A stretch of DNA of 61,607 nt, counting the filler, from Fonticula-like sp. SCN 57-25 (Eukaryota), in the NCBI GenBank assembly GCA_001724245.1. It is 7 parts of 7 records of this genome, joined end to end, with 100 filler letters (N's around TTAATTAATTAA, not from the genome) between each part and the next. Parts side by side here need not be neighbours in the genome. Positions count along the whole stretch, not along the records: positions 7,327 to 20,638 come from MEDX01000384.1; positions 20,739 to 27,939 come from MEDX01000385.1; 5 more parts are not named here. One strand, given 5' to 3'. The notes under the pieces are model-generated. The model saw only the letters and a program-made list of their open reading frames with translations, was not told where the DNA came from and made no database searches. Made by a program: the position numbers and the translations under genes. Positions 8,833 to 26,059 of the stretch are shown here, one piece after another (the stretch's first letter is position 1; each line of letters begins with the position of its first letter).

Positions 8833-11800
8833 TCAGTGCGCCGCGCGCTTCAGTCCGTTCGTCGTCGGCTGCAGCAGCGTCGTCAGCAGCGGCTCGATGA
8901 ACGCATCCAATTTCATTTTCAGCGCCTGCCGCTCCGCCGCGCCCAATTTTCCCTCCTGGGATATCTCAGAGTAGTACTTGATCTTTGGCTCGGTGCCGGA
9001 TGCGCGAAGAGTGACGCGGATGTTGAGGTGATCGTAGCGGAGTGTGATGAACTGGGAGGAACGGTCAAGTGGAAGTAGGCTCTGTTGAGGGAAAAGGAAG
9101 GGTTAGAGACAAGAAATATGACATGAAAGGAAGGGAATTTACACTAAATATGACATAAAAGTATGGAAATGCACAAAATATGACACAAAAGTATGAAAAT
9201 CAACTCTAGACATGACACAAAAAAGACACAAAATTGATACACACATATGAAAATCAACTCTAAATACGACATAAAAAGATAAATATCCACACACTAAAAG
9301 TAACACTAAACATACTTACACCCATACTACACTTTTCCATACCTTGTTATCAGGCTGCGCCGTATCAATCCCATACGTAATATCACAAATCGACGACGGC
9401 CGTAACTCATCCGGCAACGTCGCAAAATACTCTTTTTTTCCCTTTTCTTCCACTTTTCTCTTCTTTTTCTGCCCATTTTCTTCACTTTCTTCCACTTTTT
9501 CTTCACTTTCTTCATCAATGTATCCGCCCATACCACGAATACGTTCAAATATCCTTGCCGTCGGCACCACCGCACCCGTAATAAAATAGTACGAATTGCT
9601 CGACACAAATGTTCCGTACGTGGCGTAAATGTCGTCGAGGTAGTCGAGGAGGGTGAGGCGGCGGAGGGAGAGGGAGTGGGCGAGCTCGGCGGCGACGATG
9701 GCGGCGGAGATGCCGTCCTTGTCGAGAATGCGCGGGTTCACCATGAAGCCTAGAAGGGAAGGGGTAAGGGAGGGAAGGGAAAGTGAGGAAAGGCGGGGAA
9801 AAAGAGAAGAAAAAGAGAAGAAAAATATGAAAAAGAGAGAAAAAGTGACCATAAAAGACACAAAAAGAGTCATTTTTGGCCATAAAAGACACAAAAATGA
9901 CTAAATTGATCATTTTGTGACAACAAAAAAGACATGAAAAGACACCAAAAAAGACCAAAAATGTCACTTTTATGCACAAACGACACTCAAAACAACCAAA
10001 TTAATCATTTCACAATAATTAAGAAAACAACCAAAAATGACCAAAAATGTCACTTTTACACCCAAAACACGCACAAAAGTGCATAAATCATGCCCATTTT
10101 TCACCCTCTTTTACTTCTTTCGCGTACCAATAGCCTCCTCATAAGCAAACAGCACTCTCACCCCCCCCCTCTCCATCCTCTCCGTCTCATTCCCAATCCA
10201 CTTGAACCCAGTCAACGCCTTCCCAAACCTCATTCCTTCCTTCTTCGCCACCGCCTCGAGCATGCTGCTGCTCACGGCCGACGCCAGAAAGGCCTTGGGG
10301 GAGGGACCGGTGTCGGTGCGCATGAGGTAGACGGCGAGGATGGCGCCGATTTCGTCGCCGGTGAGGATGCGGAAGGAAGAAGAAGAAGTGCGGATGGCGA
10401 TGCCGAGGCGGTCGGCGTCGGGGTCATTCGCGAGAATCACGTCGGCATTCGTGGCATCTAGAGTGAGAGAAGTGAGGAGAAAGAGGGAAAAAGAGAGAAA
10501 AAGTGGAGAAAAGTGAGTAAAAGTGAGTAAAAGTGAGTAAAATTGAGTAAAATTGACACAAAATGACACAAAATGATAATGTGGCAAAAGTGGCAAAAGT
10601 GACACAAAATGACACAAAATGACACAAAAATGACACTGACAAAATCAACACAAAATGACACAAAAAGGACCAAACAGCACCAATATGCATCACTAACCAC
10701 CATCACCATCACCATCACCATCACCATCACCATCCACGATCCAAACCATTCTTCTCGCACCTGCAAGGCGAATTGCGAGGTCCAGTGCCGCTTTTCCCTC
10801 CTCTGGATTCGGAAAGTCGACCGTCGGGAATTGCATGTCGGGCTCGATCTGCTCCGCCACGGGGATGAACGGCGGCAGTCCAGTCATCTCAAACGCTATT
10901 TAAAAGTGTTTAAGCGCCTTGAACAACCATTAAAAAAAGACGTACCGCGCTTGGCGTATGGGGCGCCGACGCCGTGCATGGCCGTGTAGACGATGCGAAG
11001 ATCGGATGGGGCGATGGCCGGCAGCGGATTGGTCATCTTGACTGATCACGAAAAATGGCAAAAATGGCAAAAAAGGGTCAGTTTAGCAGAAAAAGAAGGA
11101 AAAAAAGCGCACTTTTGCGACGCGTGGCGGTTTGTTCGAGAATGAGCTTGAAATAAGCGTCAAAGGCGTCATTTGGCGAGCTGCAGAGGGGCGATGTGCG
11201 ATGCGCATCGGCATCCCATGATCGCGGCTTGAGATTCACCTGGATCATGGCAGAGATGTGCTCATCGGCGGGCGAGACGATCTGCGCGCCGTTGCTGCCG
11301 TACACTTTGTAACCGTTGTCGGCGCGGGGGTTGTGCGAGGCGGTGATCATGATGCCGGCGACGGCATTGACATGCTTGATGGTGAATGGCTGCAGGTTAA
11401 CCAAGAGTGAGATGGCCATCATGCGGATCGGCATGGAGATCGGCAAGAAGATCTGAGGCGTACCACCATGGGTGTGTGCACGAGGCGGTCAAAGAGGTAG
11501 ACGCGGACGCCTTCGGCGATAAAGACGCCCGCGGCGAGGCGCGCAAACTGCTCGGATCCGTTGCGGTGATCGTGGCCGATCACGACGCCGCGGCGGCGCG
11601 CATCCTTCTCGGTGACCAAGAGATGCTTGCAAAAGCCCTGCGTCGTCTGGATGATGATGAGGTCGTTCATGCACGCAAAGCCCGCGGCGACGGTCGCGCG
11701 AAGGCCGGCAGTGCCAAAGGAGATGCGCTTGCCGAGGCGCTTCTCGAGCATGGGCCAATCGCCCTTGTCGCGAAGAGATGTGATCTCATCGCGCGTGCGG

Positions 11801-11924
11801 GGGCACTTAACAGGCGTTAGAATTACGAGAAACTTGACAGAAAAAGGCAGAAAAAGGAAAAGATGCGCACGCGGTCAAAGAGCAGCCACTCGTCGACCAG
11901 CGCCAGCAGTTGGTCGCGATCCAT
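8833..11924 (-). CDS. PGM2: Phosphoglucomutase-2 / phosphopentomutase family
   Basis: FGTAGLR, ITASHNP, FPNPEEG, DPDADR, LTGFKW, YEEAIG, DKDGI and [12 protein letters not shown] across multiple exons. Confidence 0.92.
10480..10735. repeat. Intronic low-complexity tandem repeats (AAAAGTGAGT, GACACAAAAT, CACCAT)
   Basis: Seen directly inside a PGM2 intron. Confidence 0.9.
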
Positions 11925-12379
11925 CTCTTGATCGTGCGGCGATGCCGGTTGTTTGGGAGTCGAGATGCAATGTGCAAACTGGTTTGGAAAGCAATGTACG
12001 CAAAAAGAGTAGTGCAGCGAGGCGGAATAAAAGGCAGCGCGGGACATTCAAGTGAGTCATAAAGTGACAATACTTGCATTAAATAGCCATTGAAAGCCAT
12101 TGTATGGTATGAGCAAGCTTGTTCTCTATTTCTTTGGCGATGGTATGGGTCGATCACAGATCGAGACGCCTTTCAAGTGTGGCAATGTATATATACTTTG
12201 TATGCAAACGTATTGCTAGGCGCATTTCACCTTTATATAAATGTAGTATAACGCAGCACAGCGCGTATCGCGACGCGTTAATTATGCACTATTCTCTAGC
12301 TTCATCTTTCGCTTGATCGTCCTTGCATAACACTTGGCGCCATCGATGAGCATCGATCATAACAGGAATCCACGTGGCC

Positions 12380-13933
12380 ATGGTGGTCGGTGCGGCCGAT
12401 GTCGCGGTTGTGGCGGCGCATGCGGCCGTCGTTGTCGGCGCCGCCTTTATCTCGTCGATAATTAGCAGCCTCGTCTACTTGATATACTGGCGGTTTATCG
12501 AGAAGAAAAAAGTGCGACAATTGATAATAAAAAGTGTGTACATGTTCTGATGCATTGCAGGCAAAGTTTCCTCGGTCGGTCAAGAAGCAAGTGACCTTTG
12601 ATCTCGACAAGAACACGGCGATTGAAGCGGCCGCAAAGTCCGCTTCGGCCGAGTCAATTAGCGCTGAATCTTCTCCACCGAAAACCCCTCCAATTGAAGG
12701 TACTTTATTGCAGTTATTTTAAATTTTATTAACATTCTCATCAGCCGCTCCGAGCACGCCGAGCATCCCGCCCGCCATCGCGAGCCGCCCCTTCCGCCCG
12801 ATCCCCGACGAGTTCTCCAACATCCTCGAGCGCGCGCGCCTCTCCATCCGCCAGTGGCTCGCCGACGAAACCCCTCGCACCGTCGCCCTCAAAGAGGTAC
12901 GATGAAGATGATGATGTCTGATGAGGCATGCTGCAGCATGATGATGGCCGATGCCGATGATGTCGCCGATGATGCGCGTGATCTCTAACCATTTTCCACC
13001 CAGGACGGCCTTCGCGTCTACTCCATGCCCGACAAAGGCCGCCCCGACCGCTACCGCGCGCACATGCTCGTCAAAGGCCCCATGCAGATCGCCTTCCAGG
13101 CCCTCTACGACGTCTCCTCCCGCGCCGACTGGGATCTCGGTGCGCCGCCATCCCCAACATTTTTCCTCACTCTAACTCTTCCCAAGGCTGCTCCTCGCGG
13201 CTCGTCTGCTGGTTCGACCCGTGCACGAGCGTGAGCCTCTACACGAACCCGCCCGTGTCCGGCGTGAGCAGCCGCGAGTTCCTGGATCTGCGGCGGCTGT
13301 TCAAGATCGACCGCGGGTTCGCGATCGTCTCGCACTCGGTCGAGATGCGCGACGTGCCGACGACCGAAGGGTACTTTTGATAGTTTCACCATATGTTTGT
13401 GTGGATGCTGACGGTGATGGCGATGGCGATGGCGTGTAGGAATGTGAGGGCGATGAATTATGCGACGCTGCAGATGGTGCAGCAGAGGGATGATGATACG
13501 GCAGAGGTGTGCTATCTAGTGCAGAGCGACTTGCGTGGTACGTTTTTATATGAGAAAAGTTTAGTTTTATATATGAAATGTGTATTTTTATAGTTGGAAT
13601 GTGTATTTTTATGTATTGAATGTGTACTTTTATGTTTATGGAAAGTGAACTTTCATAGTTGAAATTTATACTTTTCATATACAAAATGTGCACTTTTTAT
13701 AGTAATTTTTATACTTTATACAAAATGTGACCTTTTATAGCCAAACTAACAATAATTTAGGATGGCTTCCTGCGTCTGCGATCAAACTTGCCATGGCAAG
13801 CAGCATTGGCAAACTACTCAAGGACTTGCGCAACTTTGTCGAGACAAAAGGAAAGGAAGTCGAGCCAATTCCTGACCTTTTATTGGAACTCAATTCGGCG
13901 CAAATTGATTATAAGCCACACGAGTTTAATTAA
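12380..13933 (+). CDS. START-domain lipid-transfer protein with N-terminal transmembrane anchor
   Basis: Hydrophobic N-terminus then KKK; START motifs R.DWD, VSSREFLDLRR, SVE..VP..G.VRAMN, LVQSDLRGWLP. Confidence 0.8.
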
Positions 13934-14186
13934 ATAGATTATTTTGTTATAGATGGTTTTTTTGTATTTCCTTGTCATTTCAATAAAGCCAATGTTGTTC
14001 GTGTCAATAGGGAAACATAAAAAACATAAGAAATATCAACAAAAGTAGAGTGGATATTCATATTGAAGGGTCAAATATATTGGATATTTGAACATGATAT
14101 CAACATAAATAGAGTAGAAAAGTAACAAAATATGCACGTATATATACTTGTCTAGAGCGCGTAACAAAATGGATAAATGTCGTTTT

Positions 14187-15397
14187 CTATTGCCCCGCTT
14201 GGCTCATAATTGAACACTTTATCAGTTCAGTGTGCAGTGCCTCTGTCTGCGCAGCCACAATTCCTATATAATTATAGTGTAAGTACCATTGAAAAGCAAG
14301 TGAAAGTGACACAAAAACGCGCGGGAAAAGTTGACAAAAGTGCTTAAAATTGTCACAAATGTCACAAAAACCCGCCAAAATGTCCCAAAAATGGTAAAAA
14401 TGTCACGAAAGTGTCACATAAGTGTCACAAAAGTGCACAAAAATGTCCTAACTCATCCCAAATCATCCCAAAATGTCCCAAAATTCCCCTTCGCACCTCT
14501 TGGATTTGCAAATTCCACCCCCGCCTCGTACGTGTACCCCCCCCCCCCCCCGTCCGTCAGCCTCCCCCCACTCGCCACCAGCAGCGCCTCGCACGCGCAA
14601 ATGTCCCACTTGCTCGTCGCCGCGCCCGGGTACACGTACGCGTCGGCCTCGCCGTCGAGCACCGCGAGCACTTTTCGGCCCGACCCGCCGATCCGGAGCG
14701 TCTGCTGGGCGCCCATCGCGGACAGGAGCGATGCTGTGGCGCCATCAAGGCGCGACTTTGAGACGGCAATATAGCGGCGGCCCACGTGGCCGAGTCTGTT
14801 GCTGTTGAGGCCTGTGATGCCGGCGCCGATTGCGCCAAAGACGGATCGGCCGGCGCCGTTGCAGCCAAAGGGATGGTGGATGATGCCGGCGACGGGGGTG
14901 CCGCGGACGCTGATGCCGATCAGGGTTGTGACAGAGTCGAGGTGGCCGAGCGTGTACTCTTTGGTGCCGTCGAGGGGATCGACCCACACGACGGTGCTGG
15001 AGAGGGGGGCGTCGGGGATAGAGGGGGGGAAGGCGAGCGAGGCGGCATGGCGGCGCCATGTGGGGGAATCGCACAGATCAGAGACGAGATCGCTCGCGAT
15101 CGGGTCGCTGGAGAGGCTCATTTCGCCTTCTTCGCCGACGACGTGAAGGCCGGGGAAGAGGCGGCGCAGCGTGTGCACGATCACGAGCTGCGCGCGGCGA
15201 TCGGCGAGCGTCTGCGGATCGGCGGCATCGCAGCCGGATGCGACGGATTCGCAGTTTGCGGCCTTGTCAACTGCGTAGAGGTGGCCGCCAGCAGTCACGT
15301 CGCGGATGACGCGACCGGCGCACTCGGCTACGGCGACGCACGCAGACAGGAGCAGCGGAAGCGCAATGCGCTCGTTGATGGCCGCGGGTGCTGACAT
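14187..15397 (-). CDS. BPNT1: 3'(2'),5'-bisphosphate nucleotidase (inositol monophosphatase superfamily)
   Basis: DPQTLADR, VGEE, WVDPLDGTKEY, GGSGRKV, KWDICA; last exon GIVAAQ... after an AT-rich intron. Confidence 0.88.
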
Positions 15398-15608
15398 GGC
15401 CACGTGGACGAGCAAGTGAAGATGACAGTCACGCAAGTGAATGTAGTGCAGTACATTTCAATATATTTGTATTATGTTTTGCCAAAAAGACACGTTAAAG
15501 TACACATAATGGTGACAAACAAAAGCGAATGCGCCTCGAAAAATGCGCAAAAAAGAGTTTCACAATTAAATGTCTGAATCGCATTGCGCCGTCGTCAGCA
15601 TGTCGTCA

Positions 15609-19966
<4,358 letters not shown>

Positions 19967-20029
19967 CGTGCGACTGTTGTGAAAGATGCGCATCTGAGCG
20001 GCGCAATGAACGATTAAGACGACACATTT

Positions 20030-20638
20030 CCCGGTTGGGCCGACTTGCCAAGTAGGTCAATGTGCGCTCCTGCATGTCGTCAACGCAGATTACGGCATGG
20101 CCTTTGCGGTGATCCTCGGCGACGCTCTTCAGCGCGGCCCATTCTTCTCATAATCTTCTGCCGCATGTGCGAGACTGGCAATACAATCGTCGTGCTCGGC
20201 CTTTTCGCCCGCGCGGTGCGCACTCCACTCTCTTTGTAGCGACTCTCTGTGAACATCCAGCAGCTGCCGCTCGCCCGCACTTGCGTCCCGCGACACCTTC
20301 TCCATGGCCCATCGACGGCCATCCTGCTGGTTCAGCTGCTAGCCTGCTGCAGCTGTCGGGCAATCGCCTCACCGGTATGCGGATGGGGGGCGTCCTGCAC
20401 GGTGAGCAGACACGTGCGCAAGGCAAAACTCTCGTCGATAAAATGGGCAGTCACGCCGAGCAAAGGCTGCCCGCGAGACGATCTCCAATGGTCGGCCGTA
20501 AGAGCAATGCCGAGTCGGGAGCCAAGGAGGTTCTTGATATTCTTGCGCGATAGGTCGTAAGACTTGGTAACAAGTTGCGCGAGGCCTGCACGCGACATTT
20601 TTGCCATTCCGCAATTGCGCATGAAAGCAGCAGCAGCA
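20030..20638 (-). mobile_element. hAT-superfamily transposase remnant
   Basis: IALTADHWRS..LGVTAHFID..L..LL..HTGEAIA (first catalytic Asp block), stop at 20332, then a short EEWAALK fragment; cut by contig end. Confidence 0.8.
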
Positions 20639-20802
20639 NNNNNNNNNNNNNNNNNNNNNNNNNNNNNNNNNNNNNNNNNNNNTTAATTAATTAANNNNNN
20701 NNNNNNNNNNNNNNNNNNNNNNNNNNNNNNNNNNNNNNCTCCTCCTCTCATTCGTTCCTCATTCGTAAAATATATCCTTTTCTTCGTCCATGCTCGCAAG
20801 AA

Positions 20803-21157
20803 TTAGCGCTTCTTGTCGCGCAAAAAGTTGCCCTTCTTGATCGACGTCAAGTTTGTCTTTTTGAAAAAGAGCTGGCCGTCCTGGGTGCCGAGGCGCTCAG
20901 CGTTACGCACAGGCGCCTTATCGGCCATGTCCCACAGCCACGCGGGGTACTCGGAGTCGGCCAGCGACGGCGGATCAGCGCCATCCTTAGTCACATTGAT
21001 GCCAGGAACCGACGCTACAACGCAAATTAAAATGATTAGCCAAAAACCAGCAGTGGTAAGTACACTACGTACACGAGTAGGCAGAGCGACAAAAAACCGG
21101 CGCGGGCCCTTGGAGCGCCGCGGGCGCCCGCCTTACCATCGCCGCCACTCGCAGCAT
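20803..21157 (-). CDS. MRPL54: Mitochondrial ribosomal protein mL54
   Basis: Presequence-like exon 1; GINVTKDGADP..LADSEYPAWLW..IKKGNFL. Confidence 0.88.
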
Positions 21158-21257
21158 CCCGTGGCGAAGTGGTCACGTGATGATCAAAGGGTACAGGAGT
21201 GTCACAGTCGTGTACGTCAGCTACAGCATTGTCACACATCCGTTCTGCTGTGCCGCG

Positions 21258-22152
21258 ATGACGACCTCGCACAGGCCGACGTTTGCGCCCGCGCTGGGCG
21301 GCGCCCCTATTGCAATTTCGACGAGCATCAGCTCAAAGGATGGAAACCTGCAGCCCATCAAGCTTCGGTGCGTTTTCTCTCATTTTGTGTTGAAGGGCAT
21401 CCTTTTAACATGCTCGTATAGCGAGTCGATGCCGAGCGCTGACCGCGACCTCAAGGCGGAGCTCTTCCGTCGCGAGCAGCTTGCCAGTGGCAAGAAGACT
21501 GGCGGTTCGTCCTTTATCTTTGTCTTTTCACTTTTTCTTTGGCTAATTGTTGCATGTTTACTTTTCTAGCGCGTGGGGCCGAAGACGACGAAGATGACGA
21601 GGTGACCTCCCTGGTGGCGTCTTCCGTCGCGTCTTCGTCGAAGCGCGCCCGCAAGGAAGGTGCGCCTCATCCTTCCTTATCTCTATTTCCCCTCTTACAA
21701 AAACGCGCTCAGACAACCCCGATGCGGACGACACGGACGATGACAGCGAAGATTCAGCTGATGATGCCGACTCGGGCGACGACAATGCCGATGATGACGA
21801 CGATGACGACGACGAGGATGACACGGAGGCGCTCATGCGCGAGCTGGAAAAGATTCGCCGCGAGCGTGAGGAGGAGGCGGCACGGCAGTCGCGGCTGGAA
21901 GAGGACGATGCTGAGCGGCAGCGCGCGGAACAGGCGCTCAGAAGTAATCCGTTGGTCAGCGGCGGCGACTTTAGCATTAAGAAAAAGTGCGCCTCCTTGC
22001 TTTTACTACTCCTTTGCTTACCTGTCGAAAGGTGGTACGACGACACCGTGTTCAAGAACTGCGCAAAGAAGGAGGATACGCAGAAGCGGTTTATCAACGA
22101 CACTACGCGGTCGGACTTTCACCGCAAGTTCCTCGGCCGCTTCATCAAATGA
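21258..22152 (+). CDS. CWC15: Pre-mRNA splicing factor CWC15
   Basis: MTTSHRPTF, EDDTEALMRELEKIRRER, NPL, KKKWYDDTVFKNCA, FINDTTRSDFHRKFLGRFIK. Confidence 0.95.
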
Positions 22153-22485
22153 TGGCCGGTTTATAGTCGATTTTGCTGTGGCGTTTTTTTCTTTTGTTGT
22201 GTATGTTTCATAGGTGAGTGTGTGTTGGCGTATCGTACTGCAGCTTGTGCTGCTCTGTTGTATGTGGAAGGCATTTGGAGGAGTGTGGTCGCGATGGTCC
22301 CATGTGAACATCGTGTACCTCGCTTTTCTCTGCTGCTGCTTCTCAGATAATGCATTTAATCCTTTATTTTCGTTGGCGTGACGGGGAGGTGATCAGGGTG
22401 GAGAGCAAAAAGGGGGCCACAGGCAAACTAGAATGACTTCCATTAAAGTGTATTGAGGTGTTGTACAAAAAGAGGCTTTGGAGCG

Positions 22486-22954
22486 CTAGTGATCGGACTT
22501 TGTCATAACCGGAAGCTCCCAGCCGCTCTTCTCGGCCTCAGCGGGCGTCTTGGTGAAAAGGTTGAGCGCGTGCAGGCCGCCGGTGGTCATCTCCTCCTTG
22601 AAGAGGTCAAACACCATGCGGTGGCGCTGAATGAGAGGCTTGCCGGAAAACGACTCAGACACAATGCTCACGCTGAAAAGAAAAACAAAAAGTGAGCACG
22701 AAATGCAACATTTTATAGAAACATACCGAAAATGGGTCTCGGGGAACGTATTGTCGCGCATGGCGGCGTGGTGCGCGTGAAGCCGCGAGTCATCGACAAT
22801 TTGCAGATGCTGCGGGCTCAGCGTCTCCGTAATCTGCAGTTTTATGTTACTACATGTAAAGTACAAGGATATTCATTCGTACGCGAGTGAAAAGCGCCTG
22901 GTACACGGGTCCGGGCATCCTGGCGGCCACCCGACTCGACAACGTGCGGAGCAT
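22486..22954 (-). CDS. BOLA1: BolA-like protein (mitochondrial BOLA1 type)
   Basis: GPV..ITETLSPQHLQIVDDS..HAHH..ETHFRVSIVSESFSGK..RHRMV..GLHAL..KTP; two introns. Confidence 0.88.
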
Positions 22955-23038
22955 CCGAACAAACAAATGCTGACGGTACAAAATGTCACGTGTCAAGCTT
23001 TGAACTGTTAGAAATCACGTGACGACTGTAGCGCGGGC

Positions 23039-25921
23039 ATGCTTGTGGTGGCGGCAGGTTTGCTGCGCGGCGCACGCGGCGGTGCATGCCTGCGCCCCTC
23101 GCTGCATCTGACTCGCTCGCTGTCGCAGACGTCGCGGGCTTTGTATGCGTCGTCGACCGCGTCTCTTTCCCAGATTCGCAACATTGGCATCATCGCCCAC
23201 ATTGATGCAGGCAAGACAACGACGACCGAGCGCATGCTCCACTATGCCGGCCTGACGCGCTCGATCGGCGGTACGATCCTGCTGGCGTGTTTCTTCATTT
23301 GGCTAACCCTGCGATGCCGAGTAGATGTTGATGAAGGAGACACTGTGATGGATTTTCTCAAGCAGGAGCAGGAGCGCGGCATCACAATTCAGTCTGCTGC
23401 TATCACATTTGGCTGGCGCGAACATCAGGTGAATTTGATCGATACGCCAGGCCACGTTGACTTTACAATTGAGGTTGAGCGCTCGCTCCGCGTACTCGAC
23501 GGCGCCGTTGCGCTGCTTGACGGCGTGTCGGGCGTAGAGGCGCAGACCGAAGTCGTGTGGCGGCAGGCCGCAAAGAATGGCGTGCCGCGGCTCGTCTTTG
23601 TCAACAAGCTGGACCGCGAGGGCGCCAGCGTTGGGCTTTGCGTGCGATCCCTTCGCGATAGGCTTGGTGCGCGGCCGCTGCTGCTCCAGCAGGCCGTCGA
23701 AGCGGACGACGGGGCCGGGTACACGGGCGCGCTCGTTGACCTCGTGGCCAACAGGGTCGTCGACTGGGACGACGAGGCGGGAAAGACCATGCGCGAGGTC
23801 GGCATTGATGAGCATCCGGGAGGGGAGGCGGCCGCGCAGAAGGCAAGGGAGATGCGCGCAGAGCTCGTGGACGCGGTCGCGGAGCACGACGATACGCTTA
23901 TGGAAAGGCTCATGGAGTGCGACGTACGTCGGAAGAGCAGAGAATAGGCAGCGATGTTTTTGTATTCTTAAAGCTATCGAGGCCGCTTTCTGCGTTAATG
24001 TTCCTTTTTTATATGCCTATCTAGTGTGTTTGCTCCTTTGCCTTTGATTTATGCTTTGGTGTCTCTCATTTTCAGCATTGCTTAGTCGCGTTTGTCACAC
24101 TCGCTGGCCCTGTTGTCTAACTCGTACGTCTTGGTAGTCTGCTGCACTTATTGGCGCTGACGAGTTGCGTGCTGCGATTCGTCGCGTAACGCTGCGCAAC
24201 GAGTGCGTCCCCGTCCTCTGTGGTATGTCGTTCAAGAACCGCGGCGTGCAGCCGCTCATGGACGCCATCATCGACTATCTCCCCTCTCCTCTCGAGCGTG
24301 GCGGCATCACCGCGCTTGTGGAAGGCGGCGACGCAGCAGATGCGGCGCGGAGCGGCGGCAGGCCGGCCCGCGGCCACAAGGCTGCTGCTGGCCAGTCGGC
24401 GTCGTCAAGTCGGGAGGCAAAGTTTGCGGCAGATCCCAACGGCGACCTGCTTGCCTACGCGTTCAAGGTGACGGTGGACAAGCAGCGCGGCCCGCTTGTG
24501 TTCCTCCGCGTGTACTCGGGCACTCTGGAGGCGCGGGCGCAGCTGACGAACGCGACGCGCGGCGGCAAGGAGCGCATTACTAGACTCCATCAGGTGTACG
24601 CCAAGCGCGTTGAGGACATGGACGCTGCGCCGGCGGGGAGCATCGTCATGGCCGTTGGGCTAAAGGCCACTGCGACAGGAGATGCAATTGTCGCCCACTC
24701 GGATAAGAGAAGGTGCGCAGACGATCCGACTGTGTCCATGATGCCTTTGTTAATCTACTGGCTGGTTGTCTGCTGGTATCGACATTGTATCTTTTTGGTA
24801 ATTCGCATGTTTGGTGTTTCACTCGCACTCCTGATTGTACACTATAACTAATTTGTATTCGCAGACTGTCTTTGCCCGGCCTCGATATTCCTCCCGCCGT
24901 CTTTTTCCGCTCCATTGACGCTGCCTCGACCGCTGACGAAGCTGCGCTTCAGGATGCCCTGCGGGCCATGCTGCTCGAGGACCCGTCTCTTGTGGTGCGT
25001 TTTCTTGTTTTCGTACCCTTTTCTCTCCCCTTACATTCCTCTTTGCTACAGCTGCGCGTGGACGGCGACACAGGCCAGCGGCAGATTGGCGGCCAGGGCG
25101 AGCTGCACCTCGAGATTGTAGAGGACCGCCTGCGCACGGACCACGGCGTGAGCGCCCGGCTCGGCCCGATCCTCATTGCGCTGCGCGAAGTTATTGACGG
25201 CGCCAGCGTCGGCCGTGTGGCTGCGTCGGTGGACCGCGAGATCGGCGGGAAACGTCACGCGGCCACAGTGTCTGTTTCGATTTCGGACTTTGCGTCTGCC
25301 ACGGGACCCTCTTCGGCGGCGCTGCCGATGGACGCGACCGTTTCGGTGGAGGCGGAGGAGTTGACGGAGGAGCTCGCCGAGCGCTGCGGCCTGTCAGACG
25401 ACGAGGTGGCGGCGGCGGCGGAGAACGGCGCGCGCGCTGCGCTCGGGCGCGGGCCGCTGCTGGGGTACCCGGTCGTGCGCGCGCACGTGTCGGTGCGTGT
25501 TGAGGAGTTGAGTGACGGCGCGTCGCCGCTGGCAGTGACGCTGGCCACTGCAGAGGCCGTTCAGCGTCTGCTTCAGCGGCCGGCGGCGGTCGGTGGCGCG
25601 CGCCTCCTTGAGCCCGTCATGGCTGTGGCGGTGACGGCGCCCGACACGCTCATCGGGACAGTCATGTCGGACCTCACGGGCCGCAGGCGCGGCAACATTG
25701 CGGCGATAGAGTCGGTGCGCGAGGGGAAAAGCCGCGTCACGGCGACTGCGCCGCTGAGGGCGCTTGTCGGGTACGCGTCCGCACTGCGAAGCGTCACTTC
25801 GGGCGCGGCGGCTTTCAACATGGCGTTTGACTCGTACGAGAGAATGAGCGCAGACGCGCAGGCGACTGTGATGACCGAGCACGGAAGGCCACCCGTCAAT
25901 TTTAACACAGAGAGCGATTAA
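23039..25921 (+). CDS. GFM2: Mitochondrial elongation factor G2 (ribosome-releasing factor 2)
   Basis: IRNIGIIAHIDAGKTTTTERMLHY, VDEGDTVMDFL..ERGITIQSAA, DTPGHVDF, NKLD, EDPSL, GELHLEI, LLEPVM. Confidence 0.9.
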
Positions 25922-26059
25922 GAAAAGTTTGTGTTCTTTCTTGTTTTCACGGCTGGATGCGCCCGTTCGTGCAAGACAAGGGTATTGTATTGTAAATATC
26001 TTCATCAATAATCAATACGTATAATACAAATAATTCCAAATAATTATCTACATATCAGT

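Noticed and set aside
12922-12965. CTGATGAG plus hairpin as a hammerhead ribozyme in a START intron
   Set aside because: No GAAA after stem II and no stems I/III; it lies in GAT-repeat sequence
22838-22871. Possible U12-type AT-AC intron (ATATCCTT...AC, minus strand) in BolA
   Set aside because: Only about 34 nt with no TCCTTAAC branch site; the enclosing 49-nt GTACGA...CAG intron gives a better BolA alignment
24738-24834. Second C/D snoRNA candidate (ATGATG...CTGA) in a GFM2 intron
   Set aside because: Weak terminal stem, D box only about 12 nt from the branch point, and the best rRNA complement I could recall is short and badly placed for the D+5 rule
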